From: Octopus vulgaris
Taxonomy: Eukaryota
DNA length: 64,000 bases
Direction of reading: 5' to 3'
Assembly: GCA_951406725.2 (NCBI GenBank)
Contig: OX597814.1
Coordinates: 81,716,001-81,780,000 of the forward strand
Of this stretch, positions 24,706 to 38,925 are shown piece by piece. The position numbers were made by a program, and so were the translations under genes. Below the pieces are notes generated by a model that was not told the DNA's origin, did no database searches, and worked only from the letters and a program-made list of their open reading frames with translations. Numbering within the stretch: position 1 is the stretch's first letter; every line of letters starts with the position of its first letter.

Positions 24706-25073
24706 ATGAAATAGCTGCTTTTCACACTTTCTAAGAATAAGCAAACAGGAAATGACAGTTGCTATCCAAGGACAAAAATCATGTTACACAGTGTTATCTT
24801 TCACTTTATAATGCTTGCTATCTCTCTCTCTCTCACACACACACATGTGTGTGTATAGGTGAAGGTGTGGGTATACAGATAGGACAGTCAGTTTGTTACC
24901 ATATTACTGATTTTAATCTCACTGCGTGACACCTCGAGCAAGTGTCTGCTACTGTAGCCTTGGGTTGAATAATTACATGTGGGTAGGTAAAAACTATGAA
25001 TGCACATTGTGTACATACAAGCACACCCATAAACACATATATGTTTATGTGTATGTATATATATATATATTGT

Positions 25074-25365
25074 GAAGGCGCATGGCTCAGTGGTTAGAGC
25101 GTTGAGCTTACGATCGTGAGGTTGTGAGCTCGAATCCCGGACTGGGCTGCATGTTGTGTTCTTGAGCAAGGCACTTTATTTCATGTTGCTCCAGTTCACT
25201 CAGCTGTAGAAATGAGTTGCGACGTCTCTGGTGCCATGGAGAGGGGAGGCTGGTATGCATGGCGACTGCTGGTCTTCCATAAACAACCTCGCCCGGACTT
25301 GTGTCTAGGAGGGTAACTTTCTAGGTGCAATCCCATGGTCTGTGTCGTGACTGAAGGGGGTCTCC
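25074..25365 (+). mobile_element. tRNA-derived SINE, family D (head type 2 plus body D)
   Basis: GAAGGCGCATGGCTCAGTGGTTAGAGCG (A box)...GAGCTCGAATCCCGG (B box), then a CORE-like TTCTTGAGCAAGGCACTT. A second copy is at 33590-33880 (minus). Confidence 0.85.
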
Positions 25366-25369
25366 GAAT

Positions 25370-25400
<31 letters not shown>

Positions 25401-25401
25401 A

Positions 25402-26420
25402 TCAACTATATACGTGGAAATCTGTGGGTGTGTTTGTTTGTGGTGTTGTTATCTAACTTCTACATTGTTTTATTGATTTTGATGAAACTTGAAACGTGAA
25501 TAGAACTCATATCTGGAAAACTAGCTATAATAGGGCCCCTGGAAGAGATTCTTATATCTACTACATATAACTAATATTATTTTTAAACATCCAAGGGAAA
25601 TAACCAAATTCGCTCCTGAAAGGGATGCTTATATCCAGCCAAGGGAAATAACTCATTCATGTTTGTAAATTATTTCATATAAATCAAAGTAAGTATGCTT
25701 ATTTCTTAGTATTTGAAGTACTTGAGTTATTTTCACAATTTATCCTGTACAACACTTCAATAAGTAAAAAGTATTTTCCTAAACAAATAGATCCACTTAT
25801 TTCTATTAGTGAATATACCAACACTAGCGCCAATGAGGGTAATATTCTCTGCGAACGCACAAAGGCATTTTCCAGAGTTATTTACTTTGAATTATTATTA
25901 TCTCATAACATGCTTCACGATTTCAGCATACATACCTTATTAGTATTTCCTATGTAAATATGTGTGTGTGTATATATATATATATGTGTGTGTGTGTGTA
26001 TATAAATATGTATATTTATGTATGTGTGTATGTATATATATATATATATATATATATTCACACACACACACACACACATATGTATGTATATATAGATACT
26101 ACAGCCTCAGGCCGAGCAAAGCCTTATGAATGGATTTAGTAGACGGAATTGAAAGAAAGCTGTTGTATATATGTGTATGCTTGTGTTTGTACCCCCACCA
26201 TTGCTTGACAACCGATGTTGGTATGTTTATGTCCCCGTAACTTAGCAGTTTGGCAAAATACATGGATAGAATAAGTACTAGGCTTACAAAGAATAAATCT
26301 TGGGATCAATTTGTGCAACTAAAGGTAGTGCTCCAGCAAGGCTACCACATGACTGAAACAAGTAAAAGAATAAAAAATTATGCCATTTTAATCCCAAGCA
26401 ACGCCAGGTATCTCTACTAA
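25402..26420 (+). mobile_element. Non-autonomous Helitron, diverged, containing a microsatellite and the 3' half of a family-A SINE (about 26098-26375)
   Basis: It starts A|TC, with a TGTGTTTG tract and TTGATTTTGATGAAACTTG like the 42291 element. It ends CCCAAGCAACGCCAGGTATCTCTACTAA|T (hairpin remnant plus CTRR). Confidence 0.6.
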
Positions 26421-27759
26421 TGTACAATTAAATAAATCTTAGGATTACATTAAGCTGAGAGCTGTGAATAACAGACTTATTCTGAACAATATTATATTAT
26501 GATATATTTCACTACCAACAGAACAACACTGTAAATACTGTGCTACATTTCACTGCACAGGTGATAGTTAAAATGAGTAATAAAAATCCACTGGAGGAAA
26601 GTAGACACCATACATACATAATTTCTATACTCAAATATTCAGACATTAAAAATCACTTTATTCTCATTGACCACTTGATACTGCACTATTCATAGGCAGA
26701 GAGTATTTTCTTTACATAAGTACCTGAGTGTTATTTATCCTGTAAACAATTCTATTTCTTATCAACTAGTATATAATCTTAGACATTTACTTAGTGATTT
26801 TCTCATCTCTGCTCTGACACTTATGGTGAAGGATATGTTTTTCGAGTATGATCATAAGACCAATACATGTCCAGAGTTGTCCTTTGTGCTTATTCAAATA
26901 ATTTAAACAAAATTAATGACTGACTAACATTGCTCTTTTTTCTTCACTGCATTTCTATTTCCAGTTAACTTTTCAATGCTCCATAAATATCTATCTAATT
27001 ATAATATGCAAGTAGTAGTGAAAACTATTTCTATGTAGCCAAAACACAGCAACTTCCTGTTCAATCTAAAATGTATAGTAACATTTTTAACAATTGTAAT
27101 CTAAATATTTTTTCATAAGACACAAGTAAACTACATGGTAAGAAGTTTGCTTTCCAACCACATGGCTCCAGGTTCAGTCCTACTGTGTAACATCTCTGGT
27201 AAATGTCTTCTGTTATAATCCCAAGCCAACCAAAGCCTTGTAAATAGGTTTGGTAGACAGACGCTGAAAGAAGCTCATCACTTGAACCTGTGTGTTTGCT
27301 AATGTCTTTGTGATAATCATCGAGATTTGCTGTCATATATAAGAAGTGTCCTTTGTTCTGATCATGGGGAAACAAGGAAGATTGGTGACAGGAACGCCTG
27401 CAGAAAATTCACCTCAACAAATTCTGCCTGACCTAAGTGAGCATGGAAAATAGGATGTTAAAACAATGATGATAATAAAAATGTTATTTTCATGGCCTAT
27501 TTGGAAGGTTTCAGTGTGACTTTCATTTGCCACTTCTGTGTTTAAAGACCACATACATGATTTTTTGTTGAAGCTGTTGAATTATTTTTCTATTGTAGCT
27601 GATTCTTTTGCATTATTGTTATTTATGTTTGTGTTGTGATTAGATTAGTTATATAGATATTATTTATAAATAGGTCATAGGGAGAATTGGATGTGGTTTC
27701 TAGTACATTGAGCAACTACACTGAGGCTTTATTGAATGAATGAATGACACTAATAATAA

Positions 27760-27975
27760 TGATTTCAAATTCTGGCACAAAGCCAACAGTTTGTGGGTAA
27801 GGGTTAAGTTGATTACATCGACCCCAGTCTTCAACAGTATTTATTTTATTGATCCCACAAGGATGAAAGGCAACGTTGATCCTGGCAGAATTTGAACTTA
27901 AAACATGAAGATGGATGAAATGCCACTAAGCATTTTGCCTGGCCTGCTTATGATTCTGACACCTTGCCACCTTAC
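27760..27975 (-). mobile_element. Family-B SINE
   Basis: ATCGACCCCAGT...AAGGATGAAAGGCAACGTTGATCCTGGCAGAATTTGAACT matches the 402-622 element. Confidence 0.8.
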
Positions 27976-28279
27976 TACTACTGCTGCTACCACTAATAAT
28001 TTCTTTTATCAACCACAGGGGTATAGCTGAGAGGAACATTACAAGGACAGAACAAATTGTTTGGGGATTTATATAAAGGATGGGGTAAAAGAAATGGAAA
28101 GGACAGTGAAATTTGATAAAAGTATATATAGTATACAAAATACATAACATGAACAACACAGATCTCTTGATACAGAAATTCCAGCTAGGGCCAATTCACA
28201 GATCCAAGATTACCCAAACCACTAATGGTATGAGCTCTCCCTCTCATGCTCGCCAATCAATAAGCACATACTCTGATTA

Positions 28280-28641
28280 GGCGCAATGGCCCAGTGGTTA
28301 GGGCAGCGGACTCGCGGTCATAGGATCGTGGTTTCGATTCCCAGACCAGGCGTTGTGAGTGTTTATTGAGCGAAAACACCTAAAGCTCCACGAGGCTCCG
28401 GCAGGGGATGGTGGTGATCCCTGCTGTACTCTTTCACCACAACTTTCTCTTACTTCCTGTTTCTGTTGTACCTGTATTTCAAAGGGCCGGCCTTGTCACT
28501 CTGAATATCCCCGAGAACTACGTTAAGGGTACACGTGTCTGTGGAGTGCTCAGCCACTTACATGTTAATTTCACGAGCAGGCTGTTCCGTTGATTCGGAT
28601 CAACCGGAACCCTCGTCGTCGTAACCGACGGAGTGCTTCCA
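28280..28641 (+). mobile_element. Young full-length family-C SINE (head type 1) with 12-bp TSD
   Basis: ACTCTGATTAGG is duplicated at 28270-28281 and 28642-28653. The A box TGGCCCAGTGGTTAGG and B box GGTTTCGATTCCC are intact, and many CpGs are retained. Confidence 0.92.
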
Positions 28642-29239
28642 ACTCTGATTAGGGCCATTCACTCTAACCAATTTTAGAGGATGGGATATGTTGATTATAT
28701 CAATTCTAGTATTTGACTGGTACTTTATTTTATCAATTCTGAAAGGATGAATGGTAAAATTAATCTTGGCAGGATTTAGACTCAGAATATAAAGAAATGG
28801 AAGAAATGCTGCCATGCATTTTGTTCTGATACACTAATGATTCCGCAAGTATGCTGCCCTAATAGTAAAAATAAACCTAATTTTGATACAAGGTTAGTCA
28901 TTTTGAGTTGGGGGTGAAGTTGATAACACACCCCAGTGCTAAACTGGTACTTATTGACCCTGAAAGGATGAAAAGTAAAGTTAACATTAGCAGCATTTCA
29001 ACTCAGATGGTGAGGTTGGAAGCATACTAATAATTCACCTGCTTGCCGCCTTAATAATGATAAGTAAAGAAAAGGGCTATGCATTTTATACCCATGCTTC
29101 ACCACTGTCATTTACAGCAAATCAAATTAATTTTATACCAGAAAGTGCAAATTCATATGTATAAAATAAAAACAACAATACAATATTTTGAAATAAGACC
29201 CCATCTTTTTCCTCAGCAAAATCTCTTCAGATTTCTACT

Positions 29240-29423
29240 TTAACCCTTGAGCATTTAAACTAACCATATCCAGCCTCTGGTAGCTACTCTACAATATCAT
29301 TCCCAAAATAAACAATCACATCATCAAAATCTCAAAGTTACAAGATAATGCAAGATTAATTCAAAACAATTTGAGTAAATAAGTATTACATTTGACAGAA
29401 TAGTCTGAATGCTAAAGAGTTAA
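29240..29423 (-). mobile_element. piggyBac-type MITE, reverse orientation, internally shortened
   Basis: TTAA|CCCTTGAGCATTTAAAC ... TCTGAATGCTAAAGAG|TTAA. Confidence 0.82.
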
Positions 29424-29669
29424 ACACCTAAGATTGAGAGTTCCAAAACTTGTGGTCTAAAACAAAAATTTTTTTAGAACAAATAGCAGATGGCCCACTT
29501 CATTTTGCAGTAATATCCAATAAAATTTAGTACAGTTTATGATTATATTACTGGTGAAGAACTCAATTGAGGGTTTGAGCTTGAGCACAAAATAATTTAA
29601 CAAGTGTTTTCAACACAAAACAGACTCCTGAAATTAGTACACTCTACGAGATACACATACAAACATGCA

Positions 29670-30135
29670 CAGACATGGCTATGTGGATAAAAAGCTTGCT
29701 TCCTAACTGCGTTCTTTTAGGTTCAGTCCTACTATGTCGAACTTTGGGCAAGTGCCTTCTACTGTAGTTCTGGTCCAACCAAAGCCCTATGGAGGGGATT
29801 TGGTAAACAGAAACTGAAAGAAGCCCGTCATATATATATATATGTGTGTGTGTATGTGCGTGTGACTGTGTGAAGGCATGTGGTTTAGTGGTTACGGTAT
29901 TTGGCTCATGGTCATGAGTTCAATTCTTGGCGTTGCGTTGTGTCCTTGAGCAAGACTTTATTTAATGCTGCTCCAGACAACTCAGCTGGCAAAAATGTGT
30001 AGTACCTGTATTTCAAAGGGCCAGCCAAGACACACTCTGTGTCATGCTGACTCTCCCTGTGAACTACATTCAGGGTACACGTGTCTGTGGAGTACTCGGC
30101 CACTTACATGTTAATTTCATGAGCAGGCTGTTTCA
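29670..30135 (+). mobile_element. Family-A SINE 5' half followed by a SINE with head type 2 plus body C (29872-30135)
   Basis: The family-A head runs up to its microsatellite. Next comes GAAGGCATGTGGTTTAGTGG...GAGTTCAATTC...CCTTGAGCAAGACTT, then GTACCTGTATTTCAAAGGGCC...GGGTACACGTGTCTGTGGAG (body C). Confidence 0.8.
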
Positions 30136-31709
30136 TTACTAGTTAAATGTATATGTATGAATGTGTGCGCACATGCCTGTGTATGCATATCCTTGTCCTG
30201 TTATCACATGATTGTTGCAAATGAGCATCACAGTTATAGAAGTGATGTTTGTTTTCAGTTTTCTAAGGAAAAACATGTCTGGCCATGGCAAATGTTTGGA
30301 ATAAGTGAAGGCTGATGACAGGAAGGGCATCCAGTCATAGAAAATCTGCCCACCAAATTCCATCTGATCCATGCTAGCATGAAAAAGTGAACATTAGATG
30401 ATGATGATATAAATATACACACACCAAAAAATTATAGGGCCATATTTATTAAAGACAACAAACAAAATCAGAGTGTGAATATAGAGAAACCATCCTAAGC
30501 AGGGAAGCTGTAGAGGGAGGATAGTGAAAGAAAGGGGCAGTGGGTAAGTACAATGAGAGTGAGAAAAAAGAAAAGGTTGGAGGGCATCTTAGAAGTGTAA
30601 GAGCAGAGAGTTATATAAAGACAAGAATAGGTATGTATTGAAATTAAAATATTGTTAGTCTTTCCACCCACCATCTGTCACACCCTTCTTTTTTTGAACT
30701 GATGCCTGCTCTTATACAAAGCACTATGAATAGAATTGTTATAAATAAAATCCGAATTTCCCATGCAAATTACAGGCAAGCATTACATTAGGAAAGAATA
30801 CACTGAACAGTATATGTATATGAAAAGATGTGATAATAGACATTACACAAAGTAGCAGAAAATCATTTGGTGGGCAGTGTTTCTTCTGATCTTTTTTCTT
30901 ATTTCTGTGGCCATGCTGGGGCACTACTTTGAAGAACGTTAGCTGAACAAATTGACCACAGTACTTGCTATAGAAGACGATACTTGCCCAAGGTGCCATG
31001 CGATGGGACTGAATCCAGAACCATGTGATTAGGAAGCAAACTTCTTACTACACAGCTAATATTAACTTTTTCTCATTAGAAGTAAATGGTTACAAAAAAG
31101 AAGAAAAAAAAAAGAGGAAAGATCACACTTAACAACTAGAAGTTAACATTGGATAATTTAACTATACATTTTATCCTGTTAATCACCTGCTGCTGCTACT
31201 TTCATATGATCACAAGCTTTTTCCAGAAGCTCAGTCAATTGATCATGTAAATCTTACCATCCCAGAAAAAAATCTATTATAGATACTCTATTATAAGGGA
31301 ATAGGGTTAGAGTCAAGAAGCAGAATAAGGTAAAACTGCGGATCTTGAATTACAATGACTTTTTTTTTTGTGTTATTTGTTATTGTAGGCAGAGCATTGA
31401 TTTGAGTTTCCAGATTATATCCAAAAGTTAATGTCTAGTTCCTACAAAATGTTCCACACCACCACAACATCTACAGATTGTGCTTTAGTATGAGATAGTG
31501 TCATGTTTCTAGTTCTGTTAAACTAAGTAAATCATTTCTTGTAATGGCATAAAGCATCAAATTTGAAGCGTGAAAAACAAAGCTAACTTCAACAGAATTT
31601 GAACGTAAAGGATTTTAACCAAATGACACAAATTATTTAATCCGTATTTTACTGTTTCTGCTACTCAAACACTAAAACATATCACCATTGATTTTGTGTC
31701 TTATTTTAC

Positions 31710-31920
31710 TTAAGTTTTTTTATGAGTTAGAGAAGAAGATGGAACAGTGCCCTTGGTATTTGAAGGCTCTGCTGTACAGGGGATACTGAGGTGGCCTGAA
31801 TATTTGTGGGTCAATGTCTGCAGGGAAAAAGAAAGCAGAGATGGAAGTAGTGTTTAGCATAAATGATTGCAACAGAATAGACTCTGCTAAGAGCACTCTG
31901 GTAGAGTATCAGGCCTTCTA
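31710..31920 (-). mobile_element. Probable 3' fragment of a CR1/Jockey-group LINE
   Basis: Weak minus-strand similarity to the LINE ORF2 C-terminus (...NIQATSV...). Highly decayed. Confidence 0.35.
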
Positions 31921-32102
31921 CTGAAAAAGATAAGTAAAAATTTAAAAGTAGGTGACCATAATATACAAAAGGAACCTTGCTCTATATATATGATATCCAA
32001 CAAATTATAGTATTCATAATATTGTACATTACATAACTGGGGTCAGAGAGGATGTAAAAAGACCAAGAGACCCTAGTCTTTGTACAAATGGTTAAAAGTC
32101 CA

Positions 32103-32158
<56 letters not shown>

Positions 32159-32640
32159 CTCTATTCTTTATGAGTCTCACTTTTGTATTGTCTCTTCTAT
32201 AAAACCCCATCTCAATTCAGTTGTAACTGATTCTTCTGTTACTCCTCCCTTCTTTAGTCCCCACCACCTCCTGCTACTATTACTATGGATGTGGTCCACT
32301 AATAACGCCATTTTGTCTATCTTGTGTCTGCCATTTGCAATCACACCCCCAAATTAGTGGAGTCATCTCTCCAATACACACATTTGATGATACCATCAAT
32401 GTTCTGTCACTCTCTCTGTTCAGTCTTCATTCATACATTAGCACTGCACATCTGTCATACGCATTATCAATATCCTACCAACTACATCATACTTTAGTCT
32501 TTTACTTTCTCCACCATCCACTTTCACATCACGAAATAATTATTTCCAGGTATGTTCTGAATGTTAAAAGGTGACATAAGAAAACGAAAAGAACAAAACA
32601 TCCATAATTGATCACTCATCTCTTAAATACTTTAAGTGAA

Positions 32641-32675
<35 letters not shown>

Positions 32676-33589
32676 ACAGTATAAAAAAATAATAAAATCT
32701 GCTAAAGTTCTGTCTGTTGATTTTTGGGTGTATATTAAATTTTATTTAACACTATTTTTTCACTTCATTTTTCTTTCTTTCGTTTTGGTTGCCTGTTTTA
32801 CTGTATATCTATTATCCAATCAATATCTACGCTTGCTTTTTATTCTGAAACTGGATTACCTAATAGTATTAAAATGTTGTTTCATATTATGTAAAGAGTA
32901 CAACATAGTGTGGTTGTGTCATCAAGTGTAGAAATGGTTTAAAAAAAAAAAAAAAACACTATTAGAAAAGCTTATTTCATTGATGATAATGTTTCCAAAT
33001 GAGTGAGTGTACCCTCTCACTTTTCTTCATCAGAGTAAACATATTACTTCTTCTATTTCGATGTGTTCATAAAACCTTTAGTTTACCTTCCAACAAGCAT
33101 AGCAATTTGCACCCATTGCACAGTTATACTAGCAACCTTAACCCAATGCATGACACTTGCAATCTACTCATTGCAAACTTTCAGCAGCTATATTAATTTT
33201 TGCAAGTACACACACACACACACATTACCAGCATCATGGCAAAGATGTAAAATGATATATGTATTTATATATCTGTGTATGTGTGTTAACAAAACGAACT
33301 GTTAAAGATTGGTTGTTGAAATGAGAAGAATCTAGGAAGGTTAGTTATTTTTTAAGGCAGGTAGTTAATTTAATGCTATGTAGGTACCAGGTTGCTAACG
33401 CCATGTTTACCTGTGTGATTCAACAGATGCAAGTTGCTAATGTGTAGCAACAGGTATCATATAAAGAATACTGGGTAGAAGTAGGGGCTGTTGGTGGTGT
33501 TTTATGTGTGTGGAGGGGGGATACTATACTTGTTGACTGTTAAGCTAAGATTTTTATGAAAATATATGTATATGTGAAAGTGTAAGGGT

Positions 33590-33880
33590 AAAAGACTCCT
33601 TTCAGTCATGAATGACAATGGGATTGCACCTAGAAAGTTCACCTCTGTGGCACAAGTCCAGGCAAGGTTGTTTATGGAAGACCAGCAGATGCCCATGCAT
33701 ACTAACCTCCCCGCTCCATGCCACCAATGTTATCCAAGGGAAAAGCAAAGGACAATACAGCTTGGCACCAGTGATGTCACAACTCATTTCTACAGCTGAG
33801 TAAACAGCAGCAATGTGAAATAAAGTGTCTTGCTCAAGAACAAAACACACAGCCTGGTCAGGGAATTGAACTCACTACGT
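33590..33880 (-). mobile_element. Family-D SINE
   Basis: Reverse complement of 25074-25365 (GGGATTGCACCTAGAAAGTT...TTTATGGAAGACCAGCAG...CAACTCATTTCTACAGCTGAG). Confidence 0.82.
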
Positions 33881-34507
33881 CAGTAGCAGTCAACCATGCA
33901 GGGGGCAGCTTTATTTTATGTTTTGTTCAAAGACAGAACAACACAATGACAGCACTGAGATTTGAACTTCTGACCATGTGGTCAAAAGTCAGTCACCATC
34001 ACAGACTTACACATTTTTTTTCTATAAACAAAGACAACATTCACTATGTACTGCAGAGAACAGTATACAGGATGAATGTAAATGGAACTAAAGTGCAAGA
34101 TATCTCATATGTTTGAAGCGAGGGTTACTTTCAAACTTTTGATTGGTTACCTCTACTTGATAACTTGTCATCATCATCAATAAATTAAAATCAGAAGTGA
34201 AATGTCATTGTTTCAACAGAAGAAATGTAACTATGGGATAAAGTGTTGTGAAAAATGTCTTTATGCAATGTCCCAGATTCTAGTTAATTATGAAAACTTA
34301 ACAAAAACATGTGACTATTCTTTTTCCCAAGACTGGGCTCTCATAGGAGCTATAAAGGTTATAGATTACTTTAGGAATATCAACTGAAGTAATGCACAAA
34401 TACCATTATTGTATCTTCAAAAATACTCTATAAGTGCTTGACTGAAAGCATAGTTTGAAGAATATTTTAACACGCTTATTCAATGAATAAGGAAATCCAT
34501 TCCAACT

Positions 34508-34687
34508 TAATTCTTTAGCATTCAGATTACAGTCAAATATAATGCTTATTTATTCATACTGTTTTGAATTAATCATGCATTATCTTGAGGCTTCAAGATT
34601 TCAATGATGTGATAGTTTATTTTTACTATGACATTGTAGTGTAGGTATGAGATGTTGGATAAGGTCAGTTTAAATGCTAAAGGTTTA
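34508..34687 (+). mobile_element. piggyBac-type MITE, diverged
   Basis: TTAATTCTTTAGCATTCAGATTAC...AAATGCTAAAGGTTTAA. The body matches the 24476 copy. Another partial copy is at about 36840-37049. Confidence 0.78.
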
Positions 34688-37049
34688 AACACACACAAAG
34701 ACAAAAGTTTATGAATCAGATGACACACAAAAGTGACAAAATACAGGAAGTAAACAATGACAGCCAGCAACAGAAGAAAAATGTCTATACAAGTTGCCAT
34801 AAAACAATTCTGGATTATGTAGTGCTCAGTGAGTAAGAAATGAGTCACCTACATAAAAATCAAGCAAGCTTACTGTAATTAATAGAGAAGATCTGATACC
34901 AGTTCTGCATAGTTAGGTGAATTGAAATACTAAATGTTGTTCTTAGAACTTTTGAAATTCATAATTTTTCAAGAAGGCATTTCATTATGGTAATGCTAAT
35001 TTGTTTTCACTGTGATGGTTGTTAGATAAATATTAAATACCATAGAGTTGGTCTTTATTTCAGTTATCCTGAATAGGAGATTGGTCAGTGAGAGGTAACT
35101 TTTCCTCACAACATGAACTGAAAATACTGCAAGCTAGCAAAATACTTATTAATTCTAATGTGTTGTTACTGCTTACAGTAATGAATTAGAGACTAAAATA
35201 CTTATATACTTAAAGTTATGTGGACTTGGTTGTTGTTTGTTAAATGCCTTGGCCATATCCCCAATGTAGTGTCAGTAAAGGGTATGAAACAGCGATCACT
35301 TGTCTGGTACCTTACCACTTGGCCATTTACAGCTCTTTGGTGAGGAGATTGAAACTTATTTTCAGACTAGCTAAAGCTAGCTAAGAAGGAAAAGTACTCT
35401 AAAACAGCCTGCCTCAGAAGCAACTAGGACATAAATACTCTATATGCTACTATTCAAATCAAACAGCACACTTAAATAACTGAGTTCTTTGAAAAAGTCT
35501 ACATGCATTTAAAATTTAAACAGCTCCTAAAATGGAGTTTATGGTAAATGGCTAATTTGAACTTATGCAGGAAGACATTAAACAAAAATGTCTTGCACAG
35601 CTATGAATTGCTATTATCTATGCTCAAACTGAGGTAGAAGAAGATAGAAACAAACCAATAAAGTTTGGAGTACAAAACAGATCAATAAATGTTGAACATA
35701 AGTTCTAAAGAATAATGGAGCATTTGCTGCCTTCTGGAATAGTTTTACAGACCTTAGAGCAGCATACAATCGGTTTAACTGCAACATGCCATTTAAGAAG
35801 CCTAATATTGGAAAATGTGTTCTCATGCAGATAGGACATTTTAAAGCATTCAGAAAATGTAACAAGCAAGTTGAAGTGTGTAAGCTCATGTGAATTAGCA
35901 GCTGTATAATATTTAATGTCTTCTACTATACTTAAGGCGTTGATGCTGAAGATTGTTAGGGAAATTCTATTTATGGAACAAAGTAAAAAAGAAAACTACA
36001 TAATCAGCTAGGTATTGAGTAATTTTAGAATAATGAACAGATAAAATAATCCAAATGGAGAGAGAGAGAGAGAGTGTGTGTGTGTGTCAGCCAACCAACC
36101 CTAGAGCTGGTTTAAATATCTTCAATCTATAACCTCACTAATTCACATACTGATTACCAACCATTTTTCTTTTGCTATTTATTTAAATGTTCTTTTATTT
36201 TTTATGACATATATGGCTCCATGTTAGTGTTCTTTAGCTTCTCTTAATCATTATAGTTAACATCATGTTGGGGCACTCCCTTCAAAAGGGTATATGGGAG
36301 CAGCTGATTACAGGTAAATACACTTAAAACCACTATCAACTTTTCAGCAGTAGTAATAATAGTAAGAGTAGTAGTATTTAGCAATTGCAGTAATTGCATC
36401 TATCTTCAGCTAGGTAGGAGATAGATGCTACCACCATGTGGTCTGCGGATACAGTATTTTGATGTGATCCATGTGATAAGATTTGAATATATTTGCTATG
36501 AATTAAGACTTCATTTCATAATTTCTTAAAAAGCAAAACTAAGAAAGCTTGCAAAAATCTGATGAACTAAAATAGTAAAACATTTCCTTATCAGTTCTAA
36601 ATCAAACACAGCATCAGATAAAACCTGTATGCCAGTTAGTAGCAAGTACAGAAGTCATGAATATTTTATTAAAGGAATAAACTAAAGAATTGTCTTTCGA
36701 TATTTATGTTCTTAGATATATTAGAAGATTAATAAATGAATAAATAAAACCTGTTATATTTAACTCTTTTGTGACTACATTTAATGAGCAGACAGCTTGT
36801 ACATTTCAATAAATTTTCAATCATGTTAGAAGATTTTGGTCAGATTACTATGTCAAATGTAATGCTTATTTATTCATGTTATATTGAATTAATCAAGCAT
36901 TATCTTGAAGCTTCAAGATTTCTATGATGTGATTATTTTTAGAATGACATTATAGGATAGGTGTGAGAAGATAGATCTGACTAATTTGAACATAAAACAG
37001 ATGGAATATATGGTGTGGACATGGCCAGTGTAAGTGCTAAAGGGCTAAA

Positions 37050-37810
37050 TATGAACACTTTAGTTTGAGTGGTCTCTTGGCAACAACAAAACAGCCAATT
37101 ACAACGAAATTGTTGTAAAAAATGATCTGGTCTTTTCATTCTCTGGGATGCAATATGAGCATCAAGATACATCTTTTCTTCAATCACTTGGATCAATTTC
37201 TACAAAATTTGGGCAACATCAGTGATAAGCATGGAGAAGATTCCATTAAAATATGAGGGTAATAGAGGAGAGATACCAAGGGGTATGGATGTGAATATGA
37301 TCGCTGATTACTGTTCAAATATAATAAGGACCACCCAATGTTAAAACATTTCAAGGATGTCTAAGAAACAGGGATTCCTTCCTTTATAATGACATTTGAC
37401 AATTTTGGGGGGGATATGTTATATGCATATAATTTGCAGATTTTGTTGTTTAATTCTGTATCAATAGAACAAAACGATCCTAGGCCTCCTTTTGCATTTT
37501 CTCATCACAGGCAAAAAGAATCCCCATTTCTGTTTGAAATATTACTACAATTAAATTATCTATGCACAAAATCAGATATATTCATGATTTTACTATACTT
37601 TATACAAGCGAAGGGTGATAATGAAGCATTTTTTACACTTTGGCCCACTGTTCCAAAGTCAGACCAGGACATAAAATCAAGGAAAACTACATTTTTTAAG
37701 AAAAATCAAATAGCGTGTATATGATTGATGAAAACAAACAGCATATCTGGATTCAGCTTGAAAGAGTGCTTCAGAAACAATTGGCTATTCAACAGAAACA
37801 TTTCCATCTC
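37050..37810 (+). mobile_element. Chapaev3-like DNA transposon 3' relic
   Basis: It translates, with frameshifts, to LGCNMSIKIHLFFNHLDQFLQNF..ISDKHGE.FH..MRVIEERYQG..DVNMIADYC. This is the MSLKIHFLHSHL...SDEHGERFHQ...YQG...MADYCW C-terminal block that I associate with Chapaev3 transposases. Confidence 0.62.
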
Positions 37811-38509
37811 CAAATTCCATAGGCCTTTATTTAACATATGGTAGTCTGGACTTTACTATGGTCTTCATTCAAAAGGAAAGTACCACTGGGAAGTTTTCAA
37901 ATATCTTTAGTGTGAACTTATTTTGAATCATAAATCTTAATACAGTTCTCAATTCACTTCATGATTAAAGGACTTTAGCATTCAATAGCGAAACACCAGT
38001 TTCAAACATCCATATTAAAGTCCACAGTTTTAGAATCAATACTTTCATAGATAAAATGTAAACAATATTACATACTTACACACAAGCACATGTAGAATAG
38101 AACAGTTCAAGAAATTTCAATAAAATGATTTATCCTATAAGCTATATCAATGACAAAGGTCTATTGTAGAAGTAGCTAACAAGTTATTTGACAACAATTC
38201 ACAGCTTTATAAAGAGAATTTAAATGGTGGCTATACATTTCTGAAGAGAATGGCTCAGCATAATTGCCTTATAGCAAGACAAACACACTGATTTTAACAA
38301 TTTTTTAGTGGTAAAAAAACAAAAACAAAAAAAAAAAACCCCACACTGGAAGTACTGGAAGCTGCACATCTAAAAACTCTGAATAGAACTGATGACAGAA
38401 TGCAGAGGACTTCGATCTTGCCAGTCAGCATCTCTAATGCCAGTAGTATGATAAAATGTACTCAGACCATGCTGTGAAGTGATTAGTGACAGGACAGGTA
38501 TCTAATTGT

Positions 38510-38925
38510 ATCTTTTATTCGTTTCAGACATTAGACTGTGACCATACTGGGGCACTGCCTTGAAAGGTTTAGTCCAATAAATCAGTCCTAGTACTTAAAT
38601 ACACACACATGGCAGATTTCTACAGCTTCTGTCTACTGATTTCACTCACAAGGTATTAAATCCAGGGTTGAAGTAGAAGATACTTGCTCAAAGTGCTCCA
38701 CAGTAAGACTGATCCTGAAATCATGCTTCTTAGCAAACAGCCATATTTGGGTATATTCTTTTATTCTTCTTTATATTTTTACTTGTTTCAGTCATTTGAC
38801 TGCAGCCATGCTGGAGCACCGCCTTTAGTCGAGCAAATCAACCCCAGAGCTTATTCTTTGGAAGCCTAGTACTTATTCTATTGGTCTCTTTTGCTCAACC
38901 GCTAAGTGACGGGGATGTAAACAAG
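38510..38925 (-). mobile_element. Two adjacent family-A SINE fragments
   Basis: Family-A tails at about 38515 and 38775. The first copy is internally deleted. Confidence 0.75.

Noticed and set aside
31800-31845. Strong minus-strand polypyrimidine tract plus CAG acceptor
   Set aside because: No recognisable coding sequence or donor follows, and it lies in a probable LINE remnant.
35700-35900. FTDLRAAYN, resembling an RT motif
   Set aside because: A single short motif without neighbouring RT blocks that I could read; too weak to call.
36555-36600. CTGATGA-ACTA AAA TAGT-AAAA hammerhead-like motif
   Set aside because: GAAA is replaced by AAAA and there is no stem I or III. This is expected by chance in AT-rich DNA.
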